Assembly (NCBI GenBank): GCA_963837175.1
Contig: CAWIMJ010000057.1
Coordinates: 64,001 to 128,000 of the forward strand
Direction: 5' to 3'
Origin: an uncultured Nitrososphaeraceae archaeon
GTDB lineage: Archaea > Thermoproteota > Nitrososphaeria > Nitrososphaerales > Nitrososphaeraceae
DNA: 64,000 nucleotides
Position 1 is the stretch's first letter. The number at the start of each line of letters is the position of its first letter. A program made the position numbers and the translations under genes. The notes below the pieces were generated by a model that saw only the letters and a program-made list of their open reading frames with translations, did not search any database and was not told where the DNA came from. Below, piece after piece: positions 1 to 9,245 of this stretch.

Positions 1-182
1 TCACCATGGAATGGCGGTACCATTGGTCCGACCTTTACTTTAGGGTAGCCATATCGTCCAACAAAAACTGAAGGTGGTGTCGCGCCAGCAAATGTTTTCA
101 ACGATAATTTGGCAGAATTTGCGTTAAGGAACTGAATCCAATTTTGTTCTAGCTGCTTCTTGATTTCATTAGCTGTTGGCAC
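1..182 (-). CDS. nreA: Nre-family DNA repair protein (DUF650/651), 5' part; runs off the window edge
   Basis: Manual translation from GTG at 182: MPTANEIKKQLEQNWIQFLNANSAKLSLKTFAGATPPSVFVGRYGYPKVKVGPMVPPFHG; PPSVFVGxxGYPKV is the Nre N-terminal signature. Confidence 0.8.
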   Translation of the reverse strand, partial: MPTANEIKKQLEQNWIQFLNANSAKLSLKTFAGATPPSVFVGRYGYPKVKVGPMVPPFHG

Positions 183-322
183 AGCTTATATCTTGTTGTG
201 TTTCAATTTAGAATTATTTGAATATATATGTATAAGTTAACGTTCAAAATGAGTAATAAGCTTAAAGTATGTAATTTATTGATATATAATAGTTCTGTAC
301 TATAGCACCGCTCATCTGGTCG

Positions 323-416
323 AGATCTTCCAAATTGAGTGCGTGACTAATCAAAGTTTAAAGTCTACAGACTTTTACTAATTTTATTGATACCTTGTCG
401 TCACATCGGGAGATCT
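323..416 (+). other. Long imperfect rod-like hairpin in the divergent intergenic region
   Basis: Nested pairings AGATCTTCC(323-331)/GGGAGATCT(408-416), GTGAC/GTCAC, ATCAA/TTGAT and AAAGTC/GACTTT. Confidence 0.4.
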
Positions 417-482
417 GCATATCTGTGTATATCTTAGCATTTACGAAAGTTTTTTAGATTAAAATACGACAAACTATCAAAC

Positions 483-1262
483 ATGTATTTATTGATAACT
501 GCAATTTTTTCATTGGTATATCGGAATCTTATCGCTTCAATCGATAAAGTGTTTTTAATATGGCAAGTAGTATTTCCTATTATCTACATATTTGTAGCGG
601 GTTATTCATATTCTGCATTACTAGGAGAGCAGCCTATTAGATTCGGCAATGCCCTGATCACATATCCTTCATATTTAGCAGCGGGCATGATCGGTTTTAA
701 CGTTATGAATAGCAGCACAGTAGCTGGGAGCATTATTTGGAACGATAAACGAAACGGAATGTTTCAACAAATATTGGTTATGCCGTTCACGCGGATGCAA
801 TATATCATTAGTAATCTTGTCACCATTATGCTAATGGGGCTTGCTAGTGCCTCACTCATCGTGGCAGCCGGTATTCCAACTATGCTCGGAAATGCAAATC
901 CTACTCTCTTGACTATGCCTTATACAATATTCGCACTACTTTCCGGAGCAATATTTTTCGGTTCAATTACTATTATCATCTCAACTAAGCTTAAAAGTAG
1001 TGAAGGATTCAATGTGATTATTAATGGAATATTTCTTTTCTTTGCGTTTGCTAGTTCAGCATTTTATCCATCAGATGGAGTGCCTGAACCATTACGTACG
1101 GCATTCTACCTCAATCCATTGACATATATAGTAGATATTACAAGAGCAGGTATCTTTTCACAGATTAGTATGCTTACTACAATTGAGGTTGTTGTAATGG
1201 CAGCTCTTTCAGCAGGAGCATTTCTGATGGCCACCTTGTCATTGATTAGAATGAAAATCTAA
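483..1262 (+). CDS. ABC-2 type transporter permease
   Basis: About 6 hydrophobic helices; SAFYP...P and NPLTY motifs typical of ABC-2 permeases. Confidence 0.9.
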   Translation: MYLLITAIFSLVYRNLIASIDKVFLIWQVVFPIIYIFVAGYSYSALLGEQPIRFGNALITYPSYLAAGMIGFNVMNSSTVAGSIIWNDKRNGMFQQILVMPFTRMQYIISNLVTIMLMGLASASLIVAAGIPTMLGNANPTLLTMPYTIFALLSGAIFFGSITIIISTKLKSSEGFNVIINGIFLFFAFASSAFYPSDGVPEPLRTAFYLNPLTYIVDITRAGIFSQISMLTTIEVVVMAALSAGAFLMATLSLIRMKI

Positions 1263-1287
1263 AGCTTAATAGAAAAACACTATATAG

Positions 1288-2238
1288 CTATTTTTCGTGA
1301 TTTACTATAGTTAGGAATACCTCTTCTAGAGACGGCGGAGATATACTAATACTTTCAATTTGAACGCCATTCTCTGAAAGTAATTCAAATATTTTAACCA
1401 CCATTTCTTGCGCATTAACAGAACCTATGCTGAAAGTGTTTGTTTCTAAAATGTTAATATCTGAATTATTAGCAACTCTATTTACTAAATGTAAAACTGA
1501 TTCGGCTGAAGTATCTTTCAACTTAATCTCAATAGCCTTACTCCCTCCATACTTTTGTTTTAATCCAGCTGGAGTGTCAAAGGCAAGTATTTTGCCTTTG
1601 TCGATAATAGCAATTTCGTCGCAAAGATATTCTGCTTCTTCCATAATATGCGTAGTAAAGAAAACAGTTAGGCCAGCCTTTACTTGCTCTTTTATATAGT
1701 CTAACAGACTTCTTCTAGCAGAAGGGTCCAAGCCTACTGTGGGCTCGTCAAGAAAAAGCAAGTCCATATCATGCATAAACTCACGTGCAACTTGCACTCT
1801 TCTTCTTTGACCAATCGAAAGTTCGTCATTCTTTGTATTTCTGAGACTCTCTAAATCAAAGGCATGAAAAAGTTCTCTTAACTTATACTTTCTTCTTTCG
1901 GTTCCAAGTCCCCATAGAAAACCGTATAGATCGAGAGCTCGTTCTACTGTTAAGTTTGCCTCAAAGCTGGGTTGTTGTAAGACAACCCCAATTCTTTTTC
2001 TAACTTCTGATGAATCCTTTACAATGTCTTTACCGAAGACATGAACTTTTCCAGAAGACGGACGAATAAGAGTAGTAAGTACTTTTATTGTTGTAGTCTT
2101 GCCTGCTCCATTGGGACCAAGAAAGCCGAAAACCTTTCCATATTCAACATTAAAGGATATTCCATCTATAGCGCGTATGTCATTTTTATAATATTTCCGA
2201 AGTTCATGCACAGAAATGCAATGTTGCTCTCGTATCAA
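1288..2238 (-). CDS. ABC transporter ATP-binding protein (DrrA/NodI-like)
   Basis: Walker A GPNGAGKTT, signature LSIGQ, Walker B LFLDEPT, H-loop TTH, C-terminal SLEEVF. Confidence 0.95.
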   Translation of the reverse strand: MIREQHCISVHELRKYYKNDIRAIDGISFNVEYGKVFGFLGPNGAGKTTTIKVLTTLIRPSSGKVHVFGKDIVKDSSEVRKRIGVVLQQPSFEANLTVERALDLYGFLWGLGTERRKYKLRELFHAFDLESLRNTKNDELSIGQRRRVQVAREFMHDMDLLFLDEPTVGLDPSARRSLLDYIKEQVKAGLTVFFTTHIMEEAEYLCDEIAIIDKGKILAFDTPAGLKQKYGGSKAIEIKLKDTSAESVLHLVNRVANNSDINILETNTFSIGSVNAQEMVVKIFELLSENGVQIESISISPPSLEEVFLTIVNHEK

Positions 2239-2359
2239 AATTGTATGCTACTATCAAATATGTCTAATTTTTGTGTTTATTATTATTGGCTATTCTCAAA
2301 GCTATTGTTAAAACATATAGGCAAGTTATTTATTGATATATTAATAATAAGGAGGATGT

Positions 2360-3808
2360 TTGCTGGCTTTGTCTGCTGATTTTCAAAAGATGGTTGAAGT
2401 ATTGTTAAGTCAAAAACCGGAAGTCAGCGCTGAACAGATTAGAGATATGATTGATGAGAAGAAGCGTAAGATTGGTGCAGGTTATTTGACAGATCAGGGA
2501 GCATTATTTCTGGTTGCTGCTGATTTGGGCATTTCTTTTGAAAATGTTCCCAAGTCACAATTAGACATCAAGGATCTTTACATTGGTGCAAAAGATATCA
2601 CGGTTACAGCCAGAATAATGAATATTTATCCAATTCGTAAATTTAGAAAAAAGGATACTAATGAAGAATCTCAAAATCGAACTTTAACTATTTATGATAA
2701 AGAATCAAGCGTAAAACTGAAGCTTTGGGATAATCAAACTAGTATCCCTGATAAAATGGGGCTAAAACCGGGGGACCTTGTAAAAATTTCACAAGGGTAT
2801 GTTAAATCAGGCCTAGATGGAAGGCCCATTATCAATCTGGGTTCTAATGGAGTAATTGAACCATCGAATGACAAAGACAGCGCTATTCCGGATATCGACA
2901 CTAAATTGACTAAAGTGGATGATGTTAGAGAAGCTCAGGATAATGTTGTTATTGTTGGTAAGGTTAAATCCAACCCGAGAATCTCAGAATTCACAAATAT
3001 TCGTGGTGAACAAAATAAGTCACTGCAAATGCAAATCTCTAATGAAGACGGTTCTCGTACCTTACGCGTTGTCATTTGGAATGTTGAAGAACAAAAAATT
3101 CCAAAAGTGTTTAACACAGGTGCAACAATTAAATTTATTGGAGTAAGAATAAAACAAGGAAATCCACAATATGGCAAAGGCGACTTTGAAATTCACGGTG
3201 ACGAAGGAACATTATTAGAATTTTTTGGATCACAAGAGGAAGTAGAAGCCATGCCTTTGCGGATACTATCGGTAGGCAGAGAGAGCGGAAGAGGTAACGT
3301 TAACTGCTTAGCAATAGATAGAGGTGGCAAATTTGTAACTCTCGTAGTTGATAGTATTCTAATAAATGAATTAATAATTCCTGAAGCCATGATTGAATGT
3401 GTTCCGAGTAGAATCTTCGGTTCGAACATTACGCTAACTAAAGATGAGTCATATATTAGAACAATAGATAATGATCCATCTTTTCCAAAACTTGCCACTT
3501 TAGAGTCGAAAATAAAAGACATTCAATTATCTGACAACCCCTTCATTCTAGAGGCTATTGTTTTACAATCACCGAATATAACCGATGTTAATACTAAGAC
3601 CGGAGAAATTGTGGCTGTGACTGATACGTTACTAGGTGACGACACGGGTGAGATAAGATTGGTAGGTTGGCGATATCATAGCTCTACAATTAATCAATTG
3701 AGCGTAGGCGACAGGATAAAGGTAATTGGTGCCACATCAAATAACGGAAGAGAAGCAAAAGTAGAACTTACACTAAAGCCGTATTCTTCCATCATAAAGA
3801 TAGGTTAG
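2360..3808 (+). CDS. rpa: Multi-OB-fold single-stranded DNA-binding protein (archaeal RPA)
   Basis: Repeated OB-fold motifs (IYDKESSVKLKLW, LRVVIW, LGDDTGEIRLVGW); GGAGG upstream at 2351-2355. Confidence 0.85.
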   Translation: MLALSADFQKMVEVLLSQKPEVSAEQIRDMIDEKKRKIGAGYLTDQGALFLVAADLGISFENVPKSQLDIKDLYIGAKDITVTARIMNIYPIRKFRKKDTNEESQNRTLTIYDKESSVKLKLWDNQTSIPDKMGLKPGDLVKISQGYVKSGLDGRPIINLGSNGVIEPSNDKDSAIPDIDTKLTKVDDVREAQDNVVIVGKVKSNPRISEFTNIRGEQNKSLQMQISNEDGSRTLRVVIWNVEEQKIPKVFNTGATIKFIGVRIKQGNPQYGKGDFEIHGDEGTLLEFFGSQEEVEAMPLRILSVGRESGRGNVNCLAIDRGGKFVTLVVDSILINELIIPEAMIECVPSRIFGSNITLTKDESYIRTIDNDPSFPKLATLESKIKDIQLSDNPFILEAIVLQSPNITDVNTKTGEIVAVTDTLLGDDTGEIRLVGWRYHSSTINQLSVGDRIKVIGATSNNGREAKVELTLKPYSSIIKIG

Positions 3809-4297
3809 TAATAGTATGGTCATACCATTTTTGGAATTTGTCTAGCTTATCTAAATACTATGTATTCCTGACTTTAATAAACAAGTTTTTATACGTCTTA
3901 GTATGATTTTTGACGAATGCCCCGAAATTATGCTATTCTTAAAGAAACTAGTTTCTTTTAAAACTTAATATTTTATTCTCAGAAAATTATAAAATCAATT
4001 AGCGTATTAATAAATATAATTCAACTTAAACGGAAATGCATAAAATATAATATTCCTAGGATTTCACAGAATTCTGATTCCAGATAAAAATGACTTCAGA
4101 TGAAAATACTCTATAGAAGAATTTTAGCCAAAGGGAAAAAACATTTTTTTAGTATATCCTATACATATATACATAGTTGGTAATTCTGATTGCTTGAATT
4201 ATTCCTACATGTATAGAAGTAATCCAATTAAGCCAGTCATTATTCTATATAATATAATTATAGCTTAAGGTTGACTATATAATCTAAGAATATCTAA

Positions 4298-7045
4298 TCA
4301 ATCCCAAAAGCCTCGGGTAGTTACGTATTGTCTTTCTGCTTCATATATGCTCTTGTATATTTCGTTCTCGTCTACGCAATTACGTAGAATGCGTGCAGCA
4401 GTGTCCGCACCGATCCCAAAACCGGCTAGTACAACGATCGCTGTCTTACCAAAATTGTTGACTAATGAAGAAACTTTCCAGGCACGCTCGAATTTGTGAT
4501 TTTCCTCTGCTGATAGCTTGTTTCCTGTGAGTCTTTTCCCAATAATTTTTGTCAAGTCATAGTCATATGAAGATGTTCTTGTTATAAGTCTAGATCGGCA
4601 TTTCGGGCAAGAAAGGTTTTCTGGAGTTTCTCTCGTTTCAACAGTCCTTTCCCATTTTCCACATCGGATGCAAATCAATCTATGCTTGGTCTTTTCAAGT
4701 CTTTCCTTTACAAGTTCCATTACACCTTTTTCAATGCTTAATGGAGTAGCAGAGAATTTTGCAGAATGTTCCAGAATAGGCTTTGCTAAATCAGAAAATT
4801 CATTAGTTTCAATCCAATATATTTTTATTACATCATTTTGTATATCATGTATTATTTTTTCTGTCTGGCTAATGTCATATTTATCGTGTATAATCTCTCT
4901 TATTGATTCTCTGCTTATAGGAGTTTTAGCATATCTATCATAAATCATACGTGCTACCTTTTTGTCATATATCGCTTCTCTGCTTATCATCCCGAATCTT
5001 TTTGCCACCATCCAAACCTTCCAATTGATATTGTGAGTGCCAGTAAAAGAAGCAATGATTACAGCTTCCAGATCATATGTATCTTTTAGCATCCTCTCAA
5101 CATGATCTCTTCCTATTCTAGCAGTTGAAGAGAGCATAATTCTGTATGCATCAGATCTTGTTTCTACTAAGTATCCCAATTGCGACGATAGTATTGTAGA
5201 TAATAGCGACGCTATTGTATTATTGACCTTGGAGCCAAAGGTAGAATGAACAATGACAGTATTTCTTGAGGTTAAATTTTCTATTACAATATTTTTAGAA
5301 TCAGGAATAACATTTAATGACTTGATGCTTTCATCTATTATAGAAGTAGAAATCTTAATGTGGTTCATGGCCGCTTGATTTCGGATAGAGCCTACTTCTT
5401 CCGCGGTCTTAAAGTCTACAGGAATCATCTCCCCTACCCAGTAAGGAATATTAATTGCAGTACCATGTAATGGTTCAACATTCACTTGCATTCTACCTTC
5501 ATCTATTGAAAGAATGCGCCATTGCGAACCTTTTAAGACAAAAACGTTTCCTTTCTCCCCGTAGTCTCCCACAAATTGCTGATCCAGAGTTCCAATTTTT
5601 CTTTTGCGAATCGAATCTATAACCTCAAATTTTAAAACATGGGGAATCATAGAAAGATTCTCAAAGTAATACTTGTATGCCTTTATTCTGCGCTGATACG
5701 TGTGATCTTCTCTGTTATATGCAATTATACGATTACCATCAAGTAAATTTATGCATTCTTTAAGATCATTAAATGTGATCAGGCGAAATGGATACGCCTT
5801 TGTTACCAAATCAAAAGCAATTTCAACTCTAATAGGCTCTCTTGTTTGCATAGCTAATCCTACGAGATGATGAGCCAAGACATCAAAAGCGCACGTGTGC
5901 ATCGACTGTTGTTCTATTGAACCTTTTTTCATCCTTCGAATAATTGCAAGAGACTCTATTTCATCGTCTGGAATGTTGGTTACTATCAAGCCCTTTGCAG
6001 AACTTCTCTGTCTATGTCTACTACGACCAATTCTCTGCATTAATTTTGAAACTTGTCTTGGTGAACCATAATGTACTACCAATTCTACAGAGCCTATATC
6101 TAAACCAAGTTCTAATGATGAAGTACATACAACTATGCCAGCAGACCCCTCTCTTAATCTGATTTCAGTCTCTTCTCTCATATCCTTTGATAAAGAGCCA
6201 TGATGAACATCTATTTCAATATAGTTTTGATTTTTGAGAATAGTACCAAGATATTCTGCTTCGTCTCTGGTATTGGTAAACAGCAAAATGGAACCTTTGA
6301 TGTTATTGTCTCTAACATAGTCGATTATGAAATGAGCGACATTGTTAAGAGAACCTTTTATAAACCTGACATCTATATCATATATCCTCATAGAATTATC
6401 GGTAAGAATAGCACATTTTCTGTTAACGCCTGAAATAAATCTAGCAGCCTCTTTTAAATTACCTACTGTCGCTGAGAGTCCGATCCTTGTAACAGATAGA
6501 AGACTCGCGGCCTGTAATCTTTCCAGACTAATTGATAAATGTGAGCCTCTTTCATTTGATACAAGCTCATGTGCCTCATCAATTATGACCCACTCCAAAC
6601 TATCTAGTGCCTTAAGCATTTTACTGCTGGTCAGAACTACTGCAAGAGATTCGGGAGTTGTGATCAATACTTCAGGTGGGTATTCAACAATTTTTCTTTT
6701 GTCGCTAGTGGTAGTATCGCCATGTCGTATTTGTACTCGAAGATTCTCAGATTCAGCATATTTGATGATTCTTCGAAGAACATCATTATTCAATGCACGT
6801 AATGGAGTGATATAGATTGCCTTGATTTTTCCCCTATGATGTAGCTTGTGGTTAGATAAATGTGTAAATACTGGCAGAACAGCTGCTTCTGTTTTGCCAG
6901 AACCAGTTGGAGCAATTAGCAGACAGTTTACTTTTCTTGAAATGACTGGTATTGCTTTTTTTTGAATTGGAGTTAGTTCCTTGAAACCTTCTTTTAGAAA
7001 TTTTTTGCTAACTAACGTTTCACCTTTAGTCTCTTTTAATGTCAG
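4298..7045 (-). CDS. lhr: Lhr-family DEAD/DEAH helicase; true start lies upstream of the ORF call, probably CTG at 7045
   Basis: The frame stays open upstream of 6793 and encodes the Q motif GFKELTPIQ, Walker A APTGSGKT and motif Ia YITPLRAL; downstream are DEAH, SAT, HHGS, QRIGRS and a C-terminal CxxC...CxxC. Confidence 0.9.
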   Translation of the reverse strand: MTLKETKGETLVSKKFLKEGFKELTPIQKKAIPVISRKVNCLLIAPTGSGKTEAAVLPVFTHLSNHKLHHRGKIKAIYITPLRALNNDVLRRIIKYAESENLRVQIRHGDTTTSDKRKIVEYPPEVLITTPESLAVVLTSSKMLKALDSLEWVIIDEAHELVSNERGSHLSISLERLQAASLLSVTRIGLSATVGNLKEAARFISGVNRKCAILTDNSMRIYDIDVRFIKGSLNNVAHFIIDYVRDNNIKGSILLFTNTRDEAEYLGTILKNQNYIEIDVHHGSLSKDMREETEIRLREGSAGIVVCTSSLELGLDIGSVELVVHYGSPRQVSKLMQRIGRSRHRQRSSAKGLIVTNIPDDEIESLAIIRRMKKGSIEQQSMHTCAFDVLAHHLVGLAMQTREPIRVEIAFDLVTKAYPFRLITFNDLKECINLLDGNRIIAYNREDHTYQRRIKAYKYYFENLSMIPHVLKFEVIDSIRKRKIGTLDQQFVGDYGEKGNVFVLKGSQWRILSIDEGRMQVNVEPLHGTAINIPYWVGEMIPVDFKTAEEVGSIRNQAAMNHIKISTSIIDESIKSLNVIPDSKNIVIENLTSRNTVIVHSTFGSKVNNTIASLLSTILSSQLGYLVETRSDAYRIMLSSTARIGRDHVERMLKDTYDLEAVIIASFTGTHNINWKVWMVAKRFGMISREAIYDKKVARMIYDRYAKTPISRESIREIIHDKYDISQTEKIIHDIQNDVIKIYWIETNEFSDLAKPILEHSAKFSATPLSIEKGVMELVKERLEKTKHRLICIRCGKWERTVETRETPENLSCPKCRSRLITRTSSYDYDLTKIIGKRLTGNKLSAEENHKFERAWKVSSLVNNFGKTAIVVLAGFGIGADTAARILRNCVDENEIYKSIYEAERQYVTTRGFWD

Positions 7046-7181
7046 ATGAAGATCCCACTTCTTGCCGTTTTTGTTGTTGTTGCTGCTCCTGTCTAGAGTG
7101 TTTTATCTTTGAATTTGATATCTCATAGATCATTACGGTAAATAGACCAATGATAAACAATGCTGCCAGCAAGCCAGGCAT
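7026..7181 (-). CDS. Small single-pass membrane protein with poly-Q tail (51 aa)
   Basis: ATG at 7181; MPGLLAALFIIGLFTVMIYE hydrophobic helix followed by a charged Q-rich tail; overlaps the lhr start region. Confidence 0.55.
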   Translation of the reverse strand: MPGLLAALFIIGLFTVMIYEISNSKIKHSRQEQQQQQKRQEVGSSSDIKRD

Positions 7182-7283
7182 ATGAATCGAAGTTTGCAAT
7201 TCCCTCAGCTGCCATCTTTTCATTGTAGTCCGCGCGGCGGCAATAAATATATTCGCTTTAAGAACTAAATTTAATAATAGCAA

Positions 7284-8357
7284 ATGAATTTCAAGCTACT
7301 AATGTCAAGCAATACTCCTACTATAGAAGACTCAGAATTCAAGGAAAAAAAGAAGGCAAAGGCAGTGGCATTACTATCAGGTGGTTTAGACAGTAATTTA
7401 GCGGTTCGGATGATGTTAGAGCAGGGAATTGAAGTAGAGGCAATTGCTATCAAGACTCCATTTTGTGATTTTGATTGTGGAAAGGGTTGCGGTCATAGAG
7501 TTAAAGAAGTTGCCTCGGAATTAGGCGTACAATTGAAAACTGTATATTATGGTGAAGAGTATCTCAAAATGCTAAAGCATCCCAAATATGGGTATGGCTC
7601 TGGAATGAATCCCTGTATTGATTGTAGAGGAATGATGTATAAAACTGCAAAAGAGCATATGGAAAAAATAGGGGCTGATTTTATCGTTACTGGTGAGGTT
7701 CTATTTCAAAGGCCGATGAGTCAGAATAATCGTGCTTTAAATATAATAGAGGAAGAGACAGGGATGGAAGGTAAAGTCTTAAGGCCTCTTTCGGCAAAAC
7801 ATCTAACTCCTACAGAAGCTGAAAAGTATGGATTGGTTGAGCGGTCAAAATTAGGTGATATCAGGGGAAGGTCGCGCAAAAGTCAAATTGCTCTAGCAAA
7901 TTATTTTAAAATAAGCGATCCACCTAATGCCGCCGGTGGATGTTTGTTAACCGACCCCGCATTTTCAAAAAGAATCAGAGACCTTATGGAGCACAGCAAA
8001 GGTATTCCAAGTATCAACGATGTAGAACTCTTAAAGATCGGGAGACATTTTAGATTGTCTCCTGAAGCAAAGCTGGTTGTAGGTAGAGATGAGGATGAAA
8101 ACGATATGATCGAAGCTATGATTATAGATGGTGACATAAAAATGGAGGCAACCGAATATGTAGGACCTAAATGTATTTTGAGATGCAAAAAATGTGATAG
8201 TAGAATATTGAGTATGGCTGCAAGAGCTGTGTTGCGTTACTCTGATGCCCCTAGAGGAAATCCATCTAAAGTAAAAGTTGAAATTAATGGTCTTCAAGAA
8301 GATGAAGTATTGGCTTTGTCTGCAAACGAGACCGAGCTTGAAGGATTACGAATCTAA
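7284..8357 (+). CDS. PP-loop tRNA sulfurtransferase-like protein (ThiI/MnmA-like with DUF814-type C-terminus)
   Basis: SGGLDS PP-loop, NPCIDCR, TGEVLFQRPMSQ, GGCLLTDP and GRHFRL motifs. Confidence 0.8.
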   Translation: MNFKLLMSSNTPTIEDSEFKEKKKAKAVALLSGGLDSNLAVRMMLEQGIEVEAIAIKTPFCDFDCGKGCGHRVKEVASELGVQLKTVYYGEEYLKMLKHPKYGYGSGMNPCIDCRGMMYKTAKEHMEKIGADFIVTGEVLFQRPMSQNNRALNIIEEETGMEGKVLRPLSAKHLTPTEAEKYGLVERSKLGDIRGRSRKSQIALANYFKISDPPNAAGGCLLTDPAFSKRIRDLMEHSKGIPSINDVELLKIGRHFRLSPEAKLVVGRDEDENDMIEAMIIDGDIKMEATEYVGPKCILRCKKCDSRILSMAARAVLRYSDAPRGNPSKVKVEINGLQEDEVLALSANETELEGLRI

Positions 8358-8440
8358 AATCAACCAGTCTGTTAACGTCTTTTGACCAGTATGACTATTT
8401 GTTGATTCTTGTGGATTTGTCTATAATTGATATAGGATAA

Positions 8441-8728
8441 ATGGATTTCATGCAAACACAAAAGACACCAATTTATTTGAAAGCAATAACTTTGCGCGAT
8501 ACGAGCGACGTAGCCAGTATAAAGAATGATGCCAAGAAGCAAACAATCGTTATCTTACGAGTTACTCCATTGGCACAAAAAGATGTAGAGGGTTTACGTA
8601 AGGCAATTGATGAACTCTATGGATATGTCCAGTCAATTGGTGGTGATATTGCAAGACTAGGAGAGGAGCGAGTTGTATTAACTCCGCCTGGTGTAAAAAT
8701 ATGGCGTGGTGCATATGACATGAAATAA
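8441..8728 (+). CDS. sepF: Cell division protein SepF (DUF552)
   Basis: 95 aa with GGDIARLGEERVVLTPPGVKI, the archaeal SepF signature. Confidence 0.85.
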   Translation: MDFMQTQKTPIYLKAITLRDTSDVASIKNDAKKQTIVILRVTPLAQKDVEGLRKAIDELYGYVQSIGGDIARLGEERVVLTPPGVKIWRGAYDMK

Positions 8729-9245
8729 ATATTTTTCATTACCCCTCATTCACTCATAATGTCGTTAAATGTACTAATATCTATAGCAACCGCGGGCAAA
8801 ATAGTCTCGATCTCTTCCCATGTTTGCATAAGTAAAGATTTTCTATAACATGTATAGGGTAATAAGAATTGTTAAAGATCAATGACGTCTTAGTGCCATA
8901 CAAATCTATCATACAATTAGTGAAGTAAATTTTTTACATGTTATTCTATTATTCTGAAGCTTGGATGTGTTTACAAATTGGAAAATCGAAGTGGATAACG
9001 GGGTGGATCTTTAGATACAAATAATATTTTTAAGATAATGCTATCCTCATATTATTATATTTTATTTCTTCTTGTTAGTGTAATCCCATAACAGTAGAAG
9101 GGTCACGGCTAACATTTTTTCAACAGCAAATAGTAGTATTGTTATTTACGAGTTCTATTAATATAATCTTTATAATGAATTGACTCTTGCAATTATTTTT
9201 TATAGTACCATTCGCATTACAAAAAAAAGACGGACGACCAGAGGT

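Noticed and set aside
3941-3958. Perfect 18-bp palindrome AAAGAAACTAGTTTCTTT
   Set aside because: Single copy, AT-rich, between convergent genes; no function can be supported
8760-8900. Possible hairpin cluster after sepF
   Set aside because: The stems are short, heavily G-U dependent and mutually incompatible; not distinguishable from chance by eye
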